From NCBI GenBank assembly GCA_964016885.1, contig OZ024742.1, forward strand, positions 191,828,001-191,892,000: DNA of 64,000 bases. Reading direction: 5' to 3'. Both the position numbers and the translations under genes were made by a program. Source of the DNA: Eledone cirrhosa (taxonomy: Eukaryota). This document shows, in pieces, positions 55,483 through 64,000 of the stretch. Every line of letters begins with the position of its first letter. The first letter of the stretch is position 1. Under the pieces are notes generated by a model. The model was not told where the DNA came from, did not search any database, and saw nothing but the letters and a program-made list of their open reading frames with translations.

Positions 55483-56053
55483 TCTCTATCTATCTTTCTC
55501 TCTCTCTATCTCTCTCTCTTTTTCTCGGTGTTATATTTTCTACATATTATATTTGAAGAGCTCAAGATTACTTTTCCTTTGAGCTCATAATTTACAGGGA
55601 CTAACGCGAGTCTATGACCCCGTTAATTTATTTTGATATATTGCCCCTTATAACACTCTTTTCGCTCTCGCTCTTTGGTAGAGCAATCTTCTTTGAGTGG
55701 TCTTGGGCTGCGATTTATATCCGCTCATTCGACCCAGGCCACTAGTTTACTATCTCTCGCACCTATTCACTTCTCTCTACCACATGTTGCAAGGCAGTTA
55801 TCTTAAGTTCTGTTAGAATCGTCTGGAATGTATTCCCTTAAAGTACGCTGATGAAACTGAGTGTTTTCGTTCCATTCACCAATCTTTGGGCAAAGCAAAT
55901 CTCTTTGGGTTTGTACGTGTGTGATATATAGTTATAGTTGTGGGTAAATTCATTTTGATTTATATTTTTAATCATTATGCGTCTACATCACCTTTCATAG
56001 ATTATAGATTCCATACACTGGTGGTTTTCCCTATATATTGGTAAATACGCACA

Positions 56054-56133
<80 letters not shown>

Positions 56134-56232
56134 TGTTTTCTTTTCTACATATATTTAAAAAGCTCAGGATTCCTTTTCCTTTAGGCACATAATTTACAGG
56201 GACTAACACGAGTCTATGGCTCCGTTAATTTA
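55020..56232. mobile_element. Non-coding ~600-bp unit (1.3-mer) with ~380-bp inverted copy and degenerate HHR
   Basis: 55020-55398 is the inverse of ~55703-56140; 55520-55632 is repeated at 56130-56232. cacg CTGATGA..GAAA caaa..tttg TA cgtg at 55183-55258 (-), more decayed at 55844-55919 (+). Stem II is poor. Confidence 0.65.
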
Positions 56233-56256
56233 TATATATATATATATATATATATA

Positions 56257-57107
56257 GGGCGGGTAAAATTCCCGAGATCCATGGACGAGTTCTCTCCAGC
56301 GGTCTCTGTCCCTCATTATCGCTGCCATGTCCTGCGTCTCCAATAGACTAGTGTCTGTCCTTAGGGCATCAACATACATTAACCTTGGTCTCCCTCTACC
56401 AGTGTGTCCATGTAGGGGCTCCCACAGGATCAATGAGTGCAATGTCAACTCTGGATGTCAGTGAGCATGTCCAGCTAACCTCAGTCTGCTCTGTGTCACA
56501 TTTGAGCTAACTTTTGGGGGGCTCCCATACAGCTCAGAGTTTTTCATCCTCAGTGTATACTGATTAATGTTCAGAGCCATCCTCAGCATTCTCGTGGAGT
56601 ACCCATCCACCATCTGAGTGAGTTTATTGGTCAGTGTCCAAGTCTCAGACCCGTACAGCAGCACAGACTCCACTACAGCAATGAAGAGGCGGATTTTCAG
56701 GTCTTTACGAAGAAACACCAGGACTCTGGCTTTACTGTAGCACCGGCTCAGAGCAGGAGAGTTAAGGCGAAAAAGATATCAGATGCTGAATTTGCCTACG
56801 ACATAGTTTTGGTGACAAATACAGTAAAGGAGGCAGAGGATTTGATGCAGGAGGTTGAGGCTTTGTCGATGAGTATGGGGCTGAGAATGAATGAGACTAA
56901 AACAAAATAGCTGGTAGAGAATGTTGAGAAGCCAGGGGGAACCACTAATGTAGGCGGGAAGCCGCTAGAATTGGTTAAGGACTTCCTGTATTTGGGAGCA
57001 AAGATTGGGAATACGGAAGATGATGTGGTTGAGACGAAGGGCAAAGCCTGGGCGGCGTGCCACAGCTTGAGATCGGTGTGGAAGTCGAACCTTCGTAAAC
57101 ACCTGAA

Positions 57108-57108
<1 letters not shown>
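56257..57108. mobile_element. RTE-type non-LTR retrotransposon fragment with 5' inversion
   Basis: Minus 56712-56257: KIRLFIAVVESVLLYGSETWTLT..RLRLAGH..GRGRP..DRDRWR. Plus 56716-57108: GFTVAPAQSRR..DAEFAYDI..GLRMNETKTK..FLYLG. Confidence 0.85.
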
Positions 57109-57138
<30 letters not shown>

Positions 57139-57782
57139 TGTTATAAACAACATAAGGCAATTATTTCATTTACCAGTGGTTTCTTAAAAGAAAAAAAAAT
57201 TGGCTTCCAATCATCATAATGAAAAAATCCTGGTGTATTTATTGGCGTTGGATTTTAAAAACAAAAATGCAATCTATATGAAAGTGAGGCTGGAAAAGGA
57301 AGAAGGAAAGGAAAAATAAAATAAAAACACACATGCAAACACACACACACACAATTATATAGATACACATATATATATATACATACACACATACATACAC
57401 ACACACATCTACACACACATACATATATATGTGTATATATATACATACACATACATATACACATACATACATACACACATAAATATCAACATATCCATAC
57501 ATACACATACATATATACAACCACACACATATATATATATATATATATATACACATACACATACATATACATACACATATACATACACACAATCATACGT
57601 ATATACACACGTACATACAGACACATACATATACACATATATACACGCATACATACGCATGCACAAAATATAAATATATACACACACCTCTACATACTTA
57701 CACACACAAATAAATATAAGAAAAAATATATAATAAAAAAAAAATAATAATTAAAAAAATATATATATATATATATATATAT

Positions 57783-57862
<80 letters not shown>

Positions 57863-58098
57863 TATATTTTCAATTTCCAATTGAGTTCTTAGCACGTGGC
57901 CTGAATTCCTTTTAGAGTTCATTGTCATGCGCATGTATTGTTTTTTTTGGCGGTTATTTACTTCCTCATTTTTGAATCAGTTTGAGCATTTCTTTAGAAC
58001 TGCTGGACTGGCAACCTGACAGATACCTCAGGCACAGATGATGATTATCGCTAAATACTGATGTTGGTTAGATTATCAATATTAGTATTATTGGGGCA

Positions 58099-58225
58099 CT
58101 CACTGATGAATTATAGGAGCCCACTTGAATATATATCTATTGATGGTATACAAGCTTCTACATAAATTGGTATAATTTCACCCAAATTGTAGGAATTCTA
58201 TAATGAAACGAGACGTCCGTCTGGG
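58099..58225 (+). ncRNA. Type I HHR with ~95-nt stem II domain and GUC site
   Basis: ctca CTGATGA ATTATAG...CTATAAT GAAA CG agacgtc CG TC tggg. Confidence 0.7.
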
Positions 58226-58436
58226 AAGAGATATATTCGATATGTCTCATATGAAATAATACAGCCAATTTTCCACGCAATACTTTTAGTTAGCACCTCG
58301 AACGCATAATTGGGAATATAATCACTTATTTCCTAATGTTTGTTGAGTGAGTTGGAATTTGGCCGGAGTATCGCTAAAAAGCTTTCTCCGATATTGTATT
58401 TATATATATATATATATATATATACATATATATACA

Positions 58437-58545
<109 letters not shown>

Positions 58546-59786
58546 TGATATATATATATATGTATATATATGGGATAACAAGTTATCGTTTTAGGTAGTC
58601 AATTTAGAGGTTGTGAGCACTCTACTATTTATAATTTTAACGTACGGCGTTGTTTGACGCAACATTGTGTGTGAATGTGTTTTCATATATATATATGATT
58701 TCAATAATCAGCACTACAGGCCGGGGTTAAAATAATCTAATACGTATCAGGTGGTTTATCAATATTAAAAATGTAAGCGAGATGGTATCAAATATCCGGC
58801 TTCAGCTCATCACATCATGCCAGACATTTCAAAGGCATCAAAAATGCCGTTATGTAAGAATTATGCGATGCGTTGTCGTCAGACAGGGGCTTAAATAGAA
58901 ATAAAGCTTTGTTTTGGTTTGGATATTCAATTTCTGATTCGGGTGAGCAACAAATTTAACAATATCCTGGAGGTTCAAAGTCTGCAAATATTCATCGACA
59001 AAACACATAATGACTGAGAAAGTAAAACAACTAAATAAATTATGAAACATTATTTACAAAAATGGAAATACCGATCAACAAATTTACGAAAGATTAAAGA
59101 AAAAGGCACATAAAAGAAGCCAAAAATATTTTGTTGACCTACCATCGATATGTGATATATCGTGTATATACAATTTATTGATCAAACTAAAATCCCCCCA
59201 AACAAATCATGAGCTCTTAACCACAAAAGCAAGATGATATCAGAGACCTCCGAAATTTGTGGCAATTTACAGAATTATTTTAGCCAACTTTTCATTTACA
59301 AAACGAATATTACTTACAACCCAAAATATGGAAGCCCTCAGTATTATTAAGCAAAAGCTACTAGCCGTTAGATATGAGTTGAAAGAGGAAACAGTCACAA
59401 GTCTGTAATGACATGAGTGACAATGATGGCTGAAAGGTAGTCTGATAGATCAATGTCATTGTGAAGGCTGATGCCACCAAAACTGTTATCTTACTGTGTA
59501 GTTGAATCAGATATTGTGAGTTTGGCGCCGAAACGGAGGATGTCATCAAGTTTGCTGAGCCTTCCCTCACGAACATAACAAGTCACACTGTGCAGCTTGA
59601 GAAATGCGAAACAGTTCTTCATGAGGAATAGCTCGAGATATGTTTCAATTAGGCGCAATATGTCCGTCATCTAGTTTAACTTTCAAACACACTTGTATGG
59701 ATTTAAGAGAATTGGAAATCCAAGCATGGAAGCAATAACTTTCAAAATAACATTGGAAGTTAAAATATGCAATTGACCGAGTCGTT

Positions 59787-59864
59787 TGCATAAACGAATA
59801 TCGTCAACGACTTAACCGGAGATTATAATGTCCGGTTACATCGTTGACGATATTCGTTTATGCA
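59787..59864. repeat. 78-bp hairpin
   Basis: 24-bp perfect stem TGCATAAACGAATATCGTCAACGA plus inner TAACCGGA/TCCGGTTA. Confidence 0.9.
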
Positions 59865-59909
59865 CACTACTCTCAGTATTCACTTTCACGCAGGGAAAAA
59901 CGATTTATG

Positions 59910-60620
59910 AAAATATTACGGTGTGAACATTTGGGGGAATTGTTTGTACTAAATCTTGAATGGAATTTTTAAAGGTAAATTTAGATAATATTACTTCTGG
60001 TGTAAATTTGTTGTTAGTTTTAAATGAAATATTTGGCAACATCTTTGAACTACATATATAGGAAAATGGCTTGTGAAATTTTGGGGAAAATTGTCAATGA
60101 AATTATGGCGAAATATTTTCAGAAAGTTTTCAAAGCAATTTTATGTTCATTTTGGTTAAGACGTCCGCTAAATTTTGAAAAGCTTTTACATGTAATGTTT
60201 GGAAACATATTGGGATTGAATTTTGAATGAAATTTTAGAATACATTTTGGAGAAAGTTTTAAAGAAATGATTGGGGAAGTGTTGGTAAATTATTTTAGAA
60301 AATATTTCTGATTCATGTATATTTTCTTGAAAATATCTTCGGAAATTTTATTAAAATGTTGGTTGAAGTTTAAATGAAAATTTTGAAGACATACTTAGGA
60401 GAAGTTTATGGAATGTTTAAAAAGATTTTTATTGAAATTTTTCCAAGAAATTTTGAGGAAATATTTTCGTGGTGTATCTTTTACTATAATTTGAGAAAAT
60501 CTTTACATGAATTGTTTTAGGAAATCTTTGGGAATTTCTTTGAAAAAATTTTGTTGAAAACATTTGAAAAATGAAATGAATTTTTAATGAAATATTTTTG
60601 GGGGAACTTTATGCATTAGT
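59910..60620. repeat. Degenerate low-complexity GAAA/ATTTT short-period repeat
   Basis: Recurrent GAAA(A)T(T)TTT words, strongly C-poor on the plus strand. Confidence 0.6.
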
Positions 60621-61620
60621 GGATGTCTGCCTTTCACCAATGTAAAGGTTAAAAACAGCGGTGTATACGTGTCAAAGGAACGTTGCGATTATTGATCGGT
60701 GTAATTAGAAATATTCGTTTGTTTGTTTTTTAGTTGGTGGGTTCTGGAAATAAGTTTGTTTCTTTGACATGCACAACAATAACTAAGAACAATACCTTTA
60801 TTATCTAATTTATTACAACAAAAACAATTTTGTTTGACTATTTTCTCTACCTTAGCTCATGGGTTGTTAAATATCACATTACTTATACTGCTGTTAGATT
60901 TACTTTATCCTTTCATTTTCCTGTTTATTAAATGCTATATTTTCTACTAGGTTAAGTGTTGTCGAAAAAGAAAGATTAACTGTATCTTTGCTTATTATTC
61001 TATAATATCTATGTGAAGACGGGAGGTCTCCTCCTTTTTCTTACCTCACTACATATTGCTTATTGCTCTTTACAGGACATGGTCATATATATTTGGTATA
61101 TTCATAGTTCCTTATGTTTATTATGTTATTTTGTCTCGTTATATTAATTTTCATAATTATTACACTGTATTGCGTAACTGTCATGTTCTTTTATATATGT
61201 TTATTAGGACAGCCAGTATGGTGCAAAAATGATATCGTTACTACAACTAGAATCCTTTAAATATCTCTAAAAATATCACGTTTAAGAGTTCTTAAGAAAG
61301 ACGTGATAGTGGGTATAACTATCGAAACATATGTAGAAAATACAATTATATGGCATTTTATAAATTAATTGAAGATATATACATAAATATTTCGATGAGA
61401 TAGGTAACACACTTAGATTTCACCTCATTCAAAATTACTGGAAATATTTTGACGTACATTTGACATTAAAATAGCGAATTATTCATAAGTTCTTATATAA
61501 ACGGATCTGAATAATAAGCATGCCTTACATAATAAAATACATCACCTGTCTTTCGTGTAATAATGGGTGTCATCTAAATTCAGTATTGATTATGTCTATA
61601 TTTTAAAAGTTTACGCATAT

Positions 61621-64000
<2,380 letters not shown>

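Noticed and set aside
58780-59760. Decayed L1/Tx1-like LINE (..EICGNLQNYFSQLF..)
   Set aside because: Only one short motif is recognisable; needs a profile search.
61220-61340. Long-stem-II HHR relic ending GAAA CATATG TA
   Set aside because: The 5' core (CUGANGA) is unrecognisable.

Overview
AT-rich, repeat-saturated animal DNA, probably cephalopod (inferred from the tRNA-derived SINE, the dense (TA)n/(CA)n/(GA)n arrays and the Penelope-like element load). No convincing host gene was found. The window holds decayed Penelope-like retroelements (PLEs) of two types: Hydra-clade-like copies with a CxCx5Cx5C linker and Neptune-like copies, each with RT and C-terminal GIY-YIG. It also holds two SINE families, a Tigger/pogo transposase relic, a non-autonomous Helitron, a 5'-inverted RTE-type LINE and a 3.2-kb 27-bp minisatellite that is open in three frames. 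The most notable signal is non-coding: about 18 type I hammerhead-ribozyme (HHR) motifs, intact or degenerate, from several unrelated families, read by eye on both strands. Several lie in ORF-less tandem units of about 430-600 bp embedded in (TA)n, resembling retrozymes. One family shows compensatory base changes. Several have long stem II inserts or variant cores (U17, U3-A8, U4A), and many insertions fold back or truncate at the ribozyme's 5' edge. All folds are manual, and no activity is demonstrated.
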